Below are positions 16,918 to 26,233 of a stretch of DNA of 40,792 bases, piece after piece. The position numbers and the translations under genes were made by a program. This DNA is from a candidate division WOR-3 bacterium. GTDB lineage: Bacteria > Hydrothermota > Tepidihabitantia > Tepidihabitantales > Tepidihabitantaceae. The notes under the pieces were generated by a model, which was not told the DNA's origin, searched no databases, and worked only from the letters and a program-made list of their open reading frames with translations. Location of the stretch: contig JBDRUH010000012.1 of assembly GCA_039801225.1 (NCBI GenBank), positions 1 through 40,792 of the forward strand. The letters run 5' to 3'. Numbering within the stretch: position 1 is the first letter of the stretch; the number at the start of each line of letters is the position of its first letter.

Positions 16918-18864
16918 GTGATTAACCTCAAGGATTTTGTTTTCTCCGAACTGGCGCTGGATGTGAATGAGCCCACCAGTGCAGAGGGGCTATTTATGCT
17001 GGTCGCCGAGCACCTCAGCCGGCACGGGTTTATTCAGGATAGCAAATTATTGGTTGCCGAACTAACCACCCGGGAGAAAATGGGCTCAACTGGTGTGGGC
17101 TACGGTGTCGCCCTGCCCCATGTGGTGAGCGAAAATGTCCAAAAACCAGTGGTGATTGTTACCAAGTTAAAAGAACCGCTCAACTGGGACTCAATAGACG
17201 GCGAGCCGGTGCGGCTTTTGGTATTTATCCTGGCGCCGGAAAAGGACCGCAACCTTTATCTTTCACTCTTAGCGGAAATTGCGCGAGGATTGAACACGCC
17301 AGACCTCCGCAACGCCGCGCTCAAGGCACCAAACGCTCAGACTGCGGCAAGAATTATCGCCCAACCACCGCATCAAGGGTTTTTTAAACGGAACAGGCGC
17401 CTCTTTCTTTTTTTCGGATTGGTCGGAGTAGTTTTTCTTGCCGCCCATTTTCTTCTACCGCTTGTTCAGCTACCCGCATCGGGAATATACCAGGAACTTA
17501 ATTATCTCCGATTCAACGAACCAAACTGGCTCTTTAAGCAGGAACTGACAATCACCCTGTTCTTGGGAATGATATTCGGCACGCTCCTATTCTGGCGATT
17601 TCGAGTGGCTATTGCTGCTGCAGCACTTGGTGTCCTGCTCATCACCGGGGTTATGGACTTGGAGCGCACTGTAAAGTTTATGTCCATTCCGACAATTCTC
17701 TTCATTATGGCGATGATGGTGATTGTCCGCTGGCTGGAGAATATCGGCGTGTTTCGGTTTGTCGTGGTCAAGGCGGTGGAAAGGGTTAAAGGTGTACCTT
17801 GGCTTTTACTCTTAATCCTTATGGGCTTTTCGGTTCTCTTGGGTGGATTTGCCGATGAGGTTTCGGCGATCCTGGTTACCTTCGGTTTGGCGCTGGAGGT
17901 TTCCCGGCGGACCCGGGCACCCTTAGTTCCTTTTCTTTTGAGTTTAGTTTTTGCCACCAATGTTGGTAGCGCTCTAACACTCATCGGCAACCCCATTGGC
18001 GTTTATATCGCCTTTGCCGGCGGTCTATCTTTTGAGGAGTTTTTACGCTGGGCAACTCCCGTATCGGCAATTGCTGCAGTGGTAATCGCTCTGCTGTCTT
18101 TGTTTCTCTACCGGGGTAATTTCTTTGGCTTTCGTTACAATCTTCCCCCGCAAGAACTGGAAAGGGCACTCGGTAACATTGACCGGGTAAAACTGCGCAC
18201 CGGCATCATAACTTTTATCATCACCGTCGTCTTCATTGCCCTGCATCGCCGGCTTGAGGTCTGGCTCGGATTGGGCGAAGGCACCGCCTTGGTGGCGGTT
18301 GCCCTGGCGGTAACCGGTTTCATTATCTTCTACGAGCAGGAAAAGGGGCGGGTCCTGGTGGAGCGGGGCATTGACTGGTGGACGCTGCTATTTTTTATGT
18401 TTCTCTTTGCCAACGCCGCCTGCTTGGAATACACCGGCGTCACGACTAAACTGGGCTATCTTTTTCTCCGCTTCTCCGAAAAAATTATCGGTTCCACTGG
18501 CCTGGCCAGCAACCTGACGCTACCAAGTCTTTTGCTGCTACTCTGGTTTTCCGGATTGGCATCTGGTTTTGTGGACAACCTGCCAATTGTTGCAGCGCTG
18601 GCACCGGTGGTTAAGGACCTCACCCGTTTCGGTTTGCCGCACGCCTCAATCCTCTGGTGGGCTTTACTATTTGGGGGGTGCTTCGGTGGCAACCTTACCG
18701 TTATCGGTTCTACTGCCAATCTGGTGGCGGTTGGGGCGTTTGAAAAGGCAAGCGGCAGACACATAAGATTTGTTGAATGGTTCCGGGTAGGCATAATTGT
18801 CACCCTGGTTGCGCTTTTTATTGCCACCTGCGCTTTGATTTTCCAGATAAAAATGGCACCCTAA
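16918..18864 (+). CDS. PTS EIIA (Ntr/Fru-type) domain fused to an ArsB/NhaD/SLC13-like ion transporter, paralog 1
   Basis: REKMGSTGVGYGVALPH and WDSIDGEPV (EIIA); FATNVGSALTLIGNP, SGFVDNLP and GGNLTVIGSTAN (IT superfamily). Confidence 0.88.
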   Translation: MINLKDFVFSELALDVNEPTSAEGLFMLVAEHLSRHGFIQDSKLLVAELTTREKMGSTGVGYGVALPHVVSENVQKPVVIVTKLKEPLNWDSIDGEPVRLLVFILAPEKDRNLYLSLLAEIARGLNTPDLRNAALKAPNAQTAARIIAQPPHQGFFKRNRRLFLFFGLVGVVFLAAHFLLPLVQLPASGIYQELNYLRFNEPNWLFKQELTITLFLGMIFGTLLFWRFRVAIAAAALGVLLITGVMDLERTVKFMSIPTILFIMAMMVIVRWLENIGVFRFVVVKAVERVKGVPWLLLLILMGFSVLLGGFADEVSAILVTFGLALEVSRRTRAPLVPFLLSLVFATNVGSALTLIGNPIGVYIAFAGGLSFEEFLRWATPVSAIAAVVIALLSLFLYRGNFFGFRYNLPPQELERALGNIDRVKLRTGIITFIITVVFIALHRRLEVWLGLGEGTALVAVALAVTGFIIFYEQEKGRVLVERGIDWWTLLFFMFLFANAACLEYTGVTTKLGYLFLRFSEKIIGSTGLASNLTLPSLLLLLWFSGLASGFVDNLPIVAALAPVVKDLTRFGLPHASILWWALLFGGCFGGNLTVIGSTANLVAVGAFEKASGRHIRFVEWFRVGIIVTLVALFIATCALIFQIKMAP

Positions 18865-18886
18865 AAATCATCACAAGGAGGAGAAA

Positions 18887-19300
18887 ATGTTTGAACGGAT
18901 TCTTTACATTATCAGCGAAAAGCAGGAGGAAAAACATACCGTAATGGAGTTTGCTCGCCGGCATCAAAGCACCGTTCTCTTGACCGCGGTCAGCCCAGTT
19001 TCTCCTTGTCCGCCACCGCTGCAGGAGGGTGAAACAAGGCAGGCGGTGCGGCAAGAGGAACACGAACGGCGTTGCTGGCAGGACATCTATCGCTTAGAGG
19101 ATGAGTTCAAGAAATCTGGAATTAAATCGTCGGTGGTCGCTCAGTTAGGGACTATTGATAACATCCGGTTTCTTGCCAACAGCACTCATTGTGACCTGAT
19201 TATTCTTCCGACCAGCGTTCTCGCCGAGCATGATTACCGACTGCCCGAGGAACTACTGCCCAATCTCCCCTGCCCGATATTTTTCCTCCCCGGCTCGTAA
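18887..19300 (+). CDS. Universal stress protein-like domain protein
   Basis: MFERILYI start, CDLIIL and terminal LPCPIFFL match the USP fold; SD AAGGAGG. Confidence 0.7.
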   Translation: MFERILYIISEKQEEKHTVMEFARRHQSTVLLTAVSPVSPCPPPLQEGETRQAVRQEEHERRCWQDIYRLEDEFKKSGIKSSVVAQLGTIDNIRFLANSTHCDLIILPTSVLAEHDYRLPEELLPNLPCPIFFLPGS

Positions 19301-19339
19301 TACCCTAAAGGAATTTAGAGTTCAAAGAGCACTTTTTCA

Positions 19340-21301
19340 ATGAAAGGAAGGCAAATCGGTAGCAACTCCGAGAATAAACCAAGCCCCCTGAAACTGGATA
19401 TAGTTCTTGACTTGGACTATATTTCCTCACCCAAAGAAGTTTTTGCCATCGTTGCTGGGCAATTGGCGCAATTCGGTGTCAAAGAGGAGGTGATGGTAAA
19501 AGCATTAATGGAAAGGGAGCGGGCGGGTTCAACCGGAGTTGGTCACAGCATTGCCCTGCCCCATGCCATAATTCCGGGAGAGTTACCCCGGCCCTTAATT
19601 GCTTTTATCCGAGTTCGTAAAGGGGTTGAATGGCAGGCTATTGATGGTCAACCGGTAAAACTAATATGTTTGATTGTTGCTTCGGAAAGGAACCGCCCGG
19701 AATACCTGAAACTACTTGCGGAGATGGCTCATCGCCTTGCCCGCGACCACGTACGTGCCCGGCTAATAAAAGCCCGCTCAACTGATGAGATTATGGCAGT
19801 CCTTACCCATAGACCAGCTCCGGGTTTTTTTACCACCTACCGCAATTTCTTTATTATCGCCACGGCAATCGTTGCGGTCTATATTCTCGGTCGGTTTTTA
19901 TTTCCGGCGCTAAAACTTCCTCCTATAGAAGTTTATGAAAAATTAGGATATATTAAATTTAATTCTGCCCCCTGGCCCTCACGGGAGGCGCTCACCACCG
20001 CAATATTTCTCGGGATGATATTAGGCACCCTTTTCTTCTGGCGCTACCGGGTGGCACTTGCTGCGACCAGCATCAGTCTGCTCTTACTTTTGCGGGTGAT
20101 GGATATTGAAAGTGCGGTTGAGTATATGTCCATTCCTACGGTAATCTTCATTATGGCAATGATGGCGTTGATTAAATGGCTGGAGAATGTCGGCGTATTT
20201 CGGGTAATTGTTGTCAGCGCTGCCCAGCGGGTTGGTAACTCACCTGGGGTGATGCTGTTGGTCCTGATGCTCTTCTCAATTGTCCTGTCTGGTTTTGCTG
20301 GCGAAGTCTCAGGTATTTTGGTTACCTTCGGGCTGGCATTAGAACTCGCCCGGCGCACCAGGGTATCGCCCTTACCCTACCTTCTGGCATTAGTTTTTGC
20401 CACCAATGTCGGTAGCGCCCTTACTCTGGTTGGTAACCCGATTGGCGTCTATATCGCCTTTGCCGGTGGATTGACATTTGAAAATTTTTCCCGCTGGGCA
20501 ACACCGGTGTCATTCGTCGCCGGAATAGTAACAATAATCCTCGGTCTCATTTTGTTCCGACGCCATCTGCGCCGTCCTGCTCCACTTAGCCCGGCAACAT
20601 TTACTGTTGAGGCTAATCCCCAAGAACTGCGCCTCGGAATCGCGGTATTTCTCGCGGTGATAGCGCTGATTGTCCTCCATGCCCGGCTGGAAAACTGGCT
20701 GCATATCGGTGAAGGGACCGTCCTCGTTGCCACTCCGCTCGCTGCTCTCGCTTTTGTTATTTTTATCGAGCAGGAAAGAGGCAAACTTTTGATTGAGCGG
20801 GGCATTGACTGGTGGACAATACTTTTTTTTATGTTTCTCTTTGCCAATGCCGCCTGCCTGGAACATACCGGCGTTACCACCAAATTGGGCTATCTTCTTT
20901 TGCGTGTTGCTGAGAAACTGCCTATTACCCGCTGGCTTGGTCAATCCGGTTTAACCGGCTCCAGCCTTATCCTGATGCTCTGGTTTTCGGGCACAGCCTC
21001 GGGGTTTGTTGACAATATGCCGATTGTTGCTGCTCTGGTGCCAATTGTCAAAACCCTGATTCAAATTGGTTTACCCCATGCCTCAATCCTCTGGTGGAGT
21101 CTCTTAATCGGTGGCTGTTATGGCGGTAATCTGACAATGATTGGTTCCAGCGCCAATCTCGTTGCCATTGGCGCCTATGAAAAGGCGACCGGTCAGGTAG
21201 TCCGTTTTAGCGATTGGATTGCCACTGGTGCAATCATTACCTTTGTAACGATGGCAATTGCCACCATTCTTCTTATTCTTCAGATTCCCCTTGCCCGATG
21301 A
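19340..21301 (+). CDS. PTS EIIA domain fused to an ArsB/NhaD/SLC13-like ion transporter, paralog 2
   Basis: RERAGSTGVGHSIALPH, WQAIDGQPV, FATNVGSALTLVGNP and SGFVDNMP; clear paralog of 16918-18864. Confidence 0.88.
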   Translation: MKGRQIGSNSENKPSPLKLDIVLDLDYISSPKEVFAIVAGQLAQFGVKEEVMVKALMERERAGSTGVGHSIALPHAIIPGELPRPLIAFIRVRKGVEWQAIDGQPVKLICLIVASERNRPEYLKLLAEMAHRLARDHVRARLIKARSTDEIMAVLTHRPAPGFFTTYRNFFIIATAIVAVYILGRFLFPALKLPPIEVYEKLGYIKFNSAPWPSREALTTAIFLGMILGTLFFWRYRVALAATSISLLLLLRVMDIESAVEYMSIPTVIFIMAMMALIKWLENVGVFRVIVVSAAQRVGNSPGVMLLVLMLFSIVLSGFAGEVSGILVTFGLALELARRTRVSPLPYLLALVFATNVGSALTLVGNPIGVYIAFAGGLTFENFSRWATPVSFVAGIVTIILGLILFRRHLRRPAPLSPATFTVEANPQELRLGIAVFLAVIALIVLHARLENWLHIGEGTVLVATPLAALAFVIFIEQERGKLLIERGIDWWTILFFMFLFANAACLEHTGVTTKLGYLLLRVAEKLPITRWLGQSGLTGSSLILMLWFSGTASGFVDNMPIVAALVPIVKTLIQIGLPHASILWWSLLIGGCYGGNLTMIGSSANLVAIGAYEKATGQVVRFSDWIATGAIITFVTMAIATILLILQIPLAR

Positions 21302-23136
21302 AAAGAAGGCAAATAGCAAGGGAAAGACCGACTCGCCGTTTTAAGTCTCGGCTTGGCACAATTGGTCCGTTTATCCCGGTTCTCCTCACCCTTCTCCTTC
21401 GGGTTCTCTTCATCCTTGAGATGCTCAAACACCCGTTCTCATCAATCTCGCCGCAAATTGTTGACTCTTGGGCATACCACCGTCAGGCGCTGAATATAAT
21501 CAATGGCAACTTCTGGGGCTCGGAGGTTTTCTTCCTCAGACCAATTTACCCCTATCTCTTGGCATTGTTTTATGCCCTGTTCGGGCGAAAGGTTTTGTCC
21601 GTCCAGATATTTCAGGCACTGCTCGGCACCGCCTCCTGTTTTCTTTTGACGAAAATAACTGAAAGAGTATTCAACCGCAGTGCTGCATTTATTGGTGGCC
21701 TTGGCTTTGCCCTCTGCGGCGTTCTGGTTTTTTACACCGGCGCCCTCTCCTATGTGGAGATAACCATATTCTTCAGCCTGCTATTTCTTTATCTAATCTA
21801 TTCTGCTAATGAGCGCTGGTGGCTATGGGCTATTGCCGGAGTCTCGTTTGGATTGTTGGCGCTCTGCCGACCGGAGATGATTTTACTTCTACCTTTTTTC
21901 ATTATCTGGCTTATTAGGAGAAAAGCAAAGCCTAAACATTTGGCCCTATTGACCAGTGCGGCGGTTATTGTAATCGCCAGTGTTCCCATCCGCAATTATC
22001 TCGTTGCCCGCGACCCGGTTCTTTTTACCGCCCACTCGGGCATCAACTTCTATTTCGGCAACAACCCGGGCGCGGATGGCACCTGGCAACCGGCAGGAAA
22101 ACTAAGTCCGGGCTTCGGTTTCTCCCACGAGCAACTGAAAAGGGTGGCAAAATATGTCAATGGCAAAGCGCTCCCTTGGTCAAAGGCGTCAGGATATTGG
22201 ATAAAGCAAGGTTTACGCTTTATCGTCTCTCAACCGGTTTCTTATCTCAAACTCCTTTGCCGGAAACTTCTCCTTTTCTTTAGCAACTACGAAATCCCCA
22301 ACAACTACTACTTTGAGACCGTCCGCCCCTTTTCCTTATTGCTGAAAATAACTTTTATTAACTTTGGCACTGTTGCCGCTCTGGGCATACTCGGAATGGT
22401 TTATGCCTGGCGCCTGCGTTCCCAGTCCTTCCCGCTTTATCTCTTTATTGCCGGCTATCTTTTTTCTGCCCTTCTCTTTTATGTCCTTTCCCGGCTGCGG
22501 GCACCGGTTATGCCATTTTTCCTTTCCTTTGCCGGATTCGGTCTCTGGAAAACCATCGGGTATTTCAAAAAAGGCGTGTTCGGACGCCCGGTTCTCAGCC
22601 TGATTTTTGTCCTATTGTTTTATCTCGGCACCAACATTTTTCCGATAGACCGGAAGAACTACCTTGCTCAAGGCTGGACCCAACTGGGCAACATTTACTT
22701 GGAAAAAAAGAAGGTCCAGCCCGGCTTAAGCGCACTTTCCAAAGCGCTGGCGTTCAATCCCCAAAACATCTCTGCCCGTTACAGTCTAATTCAGGCTTAT
22801 GCTGGAATGGGGAGGGTGGCGGAGGCGGAAAATGAGTTCCAAGAACTTGCTCAATTCCTGGACACCACATCTACCGCCCGGATGGTCCAGCATCTTGCCA
22901 TTGCCCGGATTGCCATCGCCCGGCGCGACTTCACCACCGCGGCTGAGAACTACCAGCGGGCGCTCGCCATTAACTCAAACGAACCAGAAACCTGGTTTCT
23001 TCTCGGTCTGGTGTATATCAGTTTAAACGACCTACCCTCGGCAGAAAAATGTCTTTTGCAGACCTTAGCCCTTGACCCTTTCCACGATGCCGCCCATAAT
23101 GTTATCAATGAAGTTCGTCGGCATTTGAAAAAATGA
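21298..23136 (+). CDS. GT-C (PMT/ArnT-like) membrane glycosyltransferase with C-terminal TPRs
   Basis: DSWAYH, PIYPYLLA, GINFYFGNNP and RLRAP motifs; many transmembrane helices; TPR tail. ATGA overlap supports the 21298 start. Confidence 0.8.
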   Translation: MKRRQIARERPTRRFKSRLGTIGPFIPVLLTLLLRVLFILEMLKHPFSSISPQIVDSWAYHRQALNIINGNFWGSEVFFLRPIYPYLLALFYALFGRKVLSVQIFQALLGTASCFLLTKITERVFNRSAAFIGGLGFALCGVLVFYTGALSYVEITIFFSLLFLYLIYSANERWWLWAIAGVSFGLLALCRPEMILLLPFFIIWLIRRKAKPKHLALLTSAAVIVIASVPIRNYLVARDPVLFTAHSGINFYFGNNPGADGTWQPAGKLSPGFGFSHEQLKRVAKYVNGKALPWSKASGYWIKQGLRFIVSQPVSYLKLLCRKLLLFFSNYEIPNNYYFETVRPFSLLLKITFINFGTVAALGILGMVYAWRLRSQSFPLYLFIAGYLFSALLFYVLSRLRAPVMPFFLSFAGFGLWKTIGYFKKGVFGRPVLSLIFVLLFYLGTNIFPIDRKNYLAQGWTQLGNIYLEKKKVQPGLSALSKALAFNPQNISARYSLIQAYAGMGRVAEAENEFQELAQFLDTTSTARMVQHLAIARIAIARRDFTTAAENYQRALAINSNEPETWFLLGLVYISLNDLPSAEKCLLQTLALDPFHDAAHNVINEVRRHLKK

Positions 23137-24029
23137 AAAACCATCACCATTCAGCTCAATTCCAGCAACGCAGTCTCACACTGGCTATCCTGCTTAACCT
23201 TACTTTTGCCCTTACCGAACTCTTGGCCGGACTCTTTGCCAACTCGCTGGTCCTTATTGCCGGTGCACTCCACGATTTCGGTGATGTCGTGGCGCTTTTA
23301 CTTTCCTATTTAGGACTAAGGCTCTCGCTCCTGCCGCCCAATCACCGCCGCACCTTTGGCTATCGCAAAGTTCGGATTCTTATCGCCTTTGTCAACGCCC
23401 TTGCCTTGGGTGTCTTTACTGTGTTGGTCATCCGGGCGGCGGTTTTCCGCATAATTCAGCCTGAGCCAGTAAGAAGCCCAGTCCTGATTTTAATGGCGGT
23501 TCTGGGAATCGGGGTAAATGGTACAGCAGTTTTTATTCTCCGCCAGCATCAGGAGTCATTAAACATAAAGGCGGCGATGTGGCATCTCCTGGACGACCTT
23601 TTTGGTTTTATTGCTGTGCTCATCGGTGGATTGATAATCCGGTTTACCGGCTGGTCGGTTATTGACCCGCTCCTTTCCATTCTGGTCGGTTGCCTGGTGC
23701 TCTATGGCACCTGGCGGGTATTCCGTCAATCGGCAAGTATTCTTATTGACTCCACGCCCAAGGATTTACAGTTTGAGGATGTGCGGCGTTACATTCTTAA
23801 CTTTGCCCCGGAGATTAATGGTGTTCACGACCTGCACATCTGGAGTTTGGGTGAAGGCGAGCGGGCTTTGATGGCGCATCTGGTGGTCAGGGACGCACCG
23901 GTAAGCAGTTTTTATCCCTTACTCTACCGCTTAGAGTGTGGATTAAAAGAGCGATTCGGGATTAATCACATTACCCTGGAACTGGAATGTGAGGAGTGTA
24001 AGTCAAAAGATAATGTCTGCCTTAACTAA
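23133..24029 (+). CDS. Cation diffusion facilitator (Zn/Co/Cd efflux, CzcD/ZitB-like)
   Basis: His-rich N-terminus; ALHDFGD, TFGY, NIKAAMWHLLDD, VHDLHIW and HITLELE motifs. Confidence 0.92.
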   Translation: MKNHHHSAQFQQRSLTLAILLNLTFALTELLAGLFANSLVLIAGALHDFGDVVALLLSYLGLRLSLLPPNHRRTFGYRKVRILIAFVNALALGVFTVLVIRAAVFRIIQPEPVRSPVLILMAVLGIGVNGTAVFILRQHQESLNIKAAMWHLLDDLFGFIAVLIGGLIIRFTGWSVIDPLLSILVGCLVLYGTWRVFRQSASILIDSTPKDLQFEDVRRYILNFAPEINGVHDLHIWSLGEGERALMAHLVVRDAPVSSFYPLLYRLECGLKERFGINHITLELECEECKSKDNVCLN

Positions 24030-24039
24030 AAACCTTCTC

Positions 24040-25503
24040 TCAATGGCTGCTCTTCCACTTTGGGGGATGGTGAGGAGCGGTCAAAATTACTGTCCGAACT
24101 TCGGTGTTATTCCCCCGGATTATATAAACACCGGCAGGCAAACTTCGTCCTTTATCATCCTTTCCATTCCAGACCGGCTGGCAAAGCCGGCGGACAGTCC
24201 TGCCGGAGATGTCGGTAACTGTTATCTCCTCACCTGATTTTACCCCGATGATTCGGAATGGTCCTATGCCAATAGTCGGAGAGACTTTGAATCTCCCATT
24301 TGGCATCTTTGATTTTATCGGTTGTTCCGCTATTCCGGGCCAATTGGCACTCCACCAGCAACCAGGTGAATCAGATGTCACATAGACAACACCCGGACCG
24401 ACCGAAGGCAGCTGGGCATGGTAGCAGAGTTTGGGTCGGACATTTCTGTCCGTTGCCGCATTGTGCGCATTCATTGGGATTGGTCCAGACCAAACATCGG
24501 GTTGGAAGGCGTGGGCGGTGCGGGCAAAAATGGTGTTTTTGCTGGCGGTAGAAACAATATAGGCTAAGGTTACCTCGTCACTGTTCTCATACCGCCGGGG
24601 TTTTAAGTCAAAGTAGCGCTCTTCGGCGTCAAGTGAACCGGCAAGGATAGCGGGTTCGCTCCAGTTTACCCCACCGTCAGTTGAGTAGACATATTCAATG
24701 TCCCAATTGCCGGAGTTATTTCGGTTCCGGGCATAGGCGCACCAGACAACAAGCGAACAAACTGGGGAAAATGATACGGCGATAATTGGGCTTTCAATCT
24801 CATCACCACCGGTGTTTATCCAGTTGCAAACCCATTCTGCCGGGTCGAGACGGTTAAGGTTGGTCCAGATGAGCAGGGAGTCATAGTTGGTGCCGGCGCA
24901 GGCGGCAAAGTAGATACGCTTGGTGATGCCCGAAGCGAGATAAGGGTCACGGACGCTTAAAGGATAACTATCTACCGGAGGAAACCAGTCGTTGCCATAA
25001 TCGGTGCTGCGCAGGAAAAAGAGCGTCCTTTCCGGCTGGGAAGGTGCGGTGTCAACGACGCCGATGTAAATCCAGTGTTCAGAGCTGATATGGTCGGTGC
25101 AGCCAGCAAAATTGTGGGCTTTTACCTCCTCAGGGGCAATGTTTAAAAAAGTGCCAAATCTGCCATAGCGGCTGTCAATTTCTAAGCCAAGCGTATTTGG
25201 ACCTTCAACTTCACAATCGTAAAGCATATAAAAATTGGAACTATCGCCATCAGCGGCGAAGGAGAAGATGGCCGAAAGGGACGAATCAGAACTACCGCCT
25301 TCCATATAATATTCCCAGGTAATACCGTTATCGGTAGAGAGATAGCCATACTCTTCAAATGGGGACCTGTTGACAACCCGGACGAGAATCATCCCATCGG
25401 GAAAGTCCTCAGCGGCGGTAAAGTCAACCTTGCCCGGATGGATTAGAATATCAGCCTGGGCAGAAGCGAGCACAAAAAGTGCCGAGAGAATTACCAACGG
25501 CAT
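24040..25503 (-). CDS. Secreted Asp-box (BNR) repeat protein with FlgD/T9SS-like C-terminal domain
   Basis: STDNGITW, STDYGNDW and STDGGVNW repeats; C-terminal DISGRTVR...WNGKDDKGRSLPAGVY. Confidence 0.8.
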   Translation of the reverse strand: MPLVILSALFVLASAQADILIHPGKVDFTAAEDFPDGMILVRVVNRSPFEEYGYLSTDNGITWEYYMEGGSSDSSLSAIFSFAADGDSSNFYMLYDCEVEGPNTLGLEIDSRYGRFGTFLNIAPEEVKAHNFAGCTDHISSEHWIYIGVVDTAPSQPERTLFFLRSTDYGNDWFPPVDSYPLSVRDPYLASGITKRIYFAACAGTNYDSLLIWTNLNRLDPAEWVCNWINTGGDEIESPIIAVSFSPVCSLVVWCAYARNRNNSGNWDIEYVYSTDGGVNWSEPAILAGSLDAEERYFDLKPRRYENSDEVTLAYIVSTASKNTIFARTAHAFQPDVWSGPIPMNAHNAATDRNVRPKLCYHAQLPSVGPGVVYVTSDSPGCWWSANWPGIAEQPIKSKMPNGRFKVSPTIGIGPFRIIGVKSGEEITVTDISGRTVRRLCQPVWNGKDDKGRSLPAGVYIIRGNNTEVRTVILTAPHHPPKWKSSH

Positions 25504-25544
25504 TCGGTTCTCTATACTTTCCTCCTGTTTAACTTAGCAAATAC

Positions 25545-25572
25545 ATTATAACCCTAAAAATCAAAAAGTCAA
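25545..25572 (-). promoter_or_regulatory. Sigma70-type promoter for the BNR protein
   Basis: TTGACT-N16-TATAAT; SD AGGAGG before the ATG. Confidence 0.75.
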
Positions 25573-25673
25573 TATCACCCTATTTTTTCGGGGGTCCCAG
25601 GCTCCGGTCATCCCGCCCCCTCGCTGACGGCTGTCGGTCCTAGGCTGTCAACTTGGTTACTCGGGGCAAGCCA

Positions 25674-26195
25674 CTACACATCAAACACCACCGTTGCCTT
25701 CCACCTTCCACCTTCCACCTTCTCAATACGAAACTGGTGATAGGTAGGGTTTTTAATCTCTATTTTTAGCCCGTGCCTCTTTGATTCGTAATTTTCGCCA
25801 TAAAGGGTGCCCCTGAGGCGAACCGGTTGAACCTTAACCTCAACCCCTCGGCTGACGGCTGACGCCCGGAATCGCACAGAATCGTGCCCGCTTCCCGATT
25901 CGGGTTTGGGCGGCTGACAGCCTTCTCGCTCGGGGCAGACCTTAACCTCTACCCTTTTGGTAACAAAGCCTTTTGTTGCGAAACGGTAGAGGAGCTCCCG
26001 GAGCCAATCAAGGAAAAGTTCCTCAATATCCCCAGAGGTGAGTTCCACCTCAGCCTGCATCCTCTCCTGAACCTGACCTGTGTCCACCATAACATCAAAG
26101 AGCATAAATGCCGCATTGGCAAAAAGTTCCACAAGGTCTTTGCCATAGATCTCAACTTTAAGGTCAGCGGTATGGTCAAGAAGACGGTATTTCAC
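25674..26195 (-). CDS. Archease with an in-frame insertion of ~36 aa
   Basis: YRLLDHTAD, ELFLDWLRELL, EIKNPTYH and terminal VVFDV motifs. Confidence 0.92.
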   Translation of the reverse strand: MKYRLLDHTADLKVEIYGKDLVELFANAAFMLFDVMVDTGQVQERMQAEVELTSGDIEELFLDWLRELLYRFATKGFVTKRVEVKVCPEREGCQPPKPESGSGHDSVRFRASAVSRGVEVKVQPVRLRGTLYGENYESKRHGLKIEIKNPTYHQFRIEKVEGGRWKATVVFDV

Positions 26196-26233
26196 GATTT
26201 TAGATTTGGGTTTTGGGTTTTAGGTTTTGGGTT

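Noticed and set aside
21214..21297. Cys/His-rich N-terminal extension of the glycosyltransferase ORF
   Set aside because: It overlaps the upstream transporter gene; the ATGA-coupled start at 21298 is more plausible.
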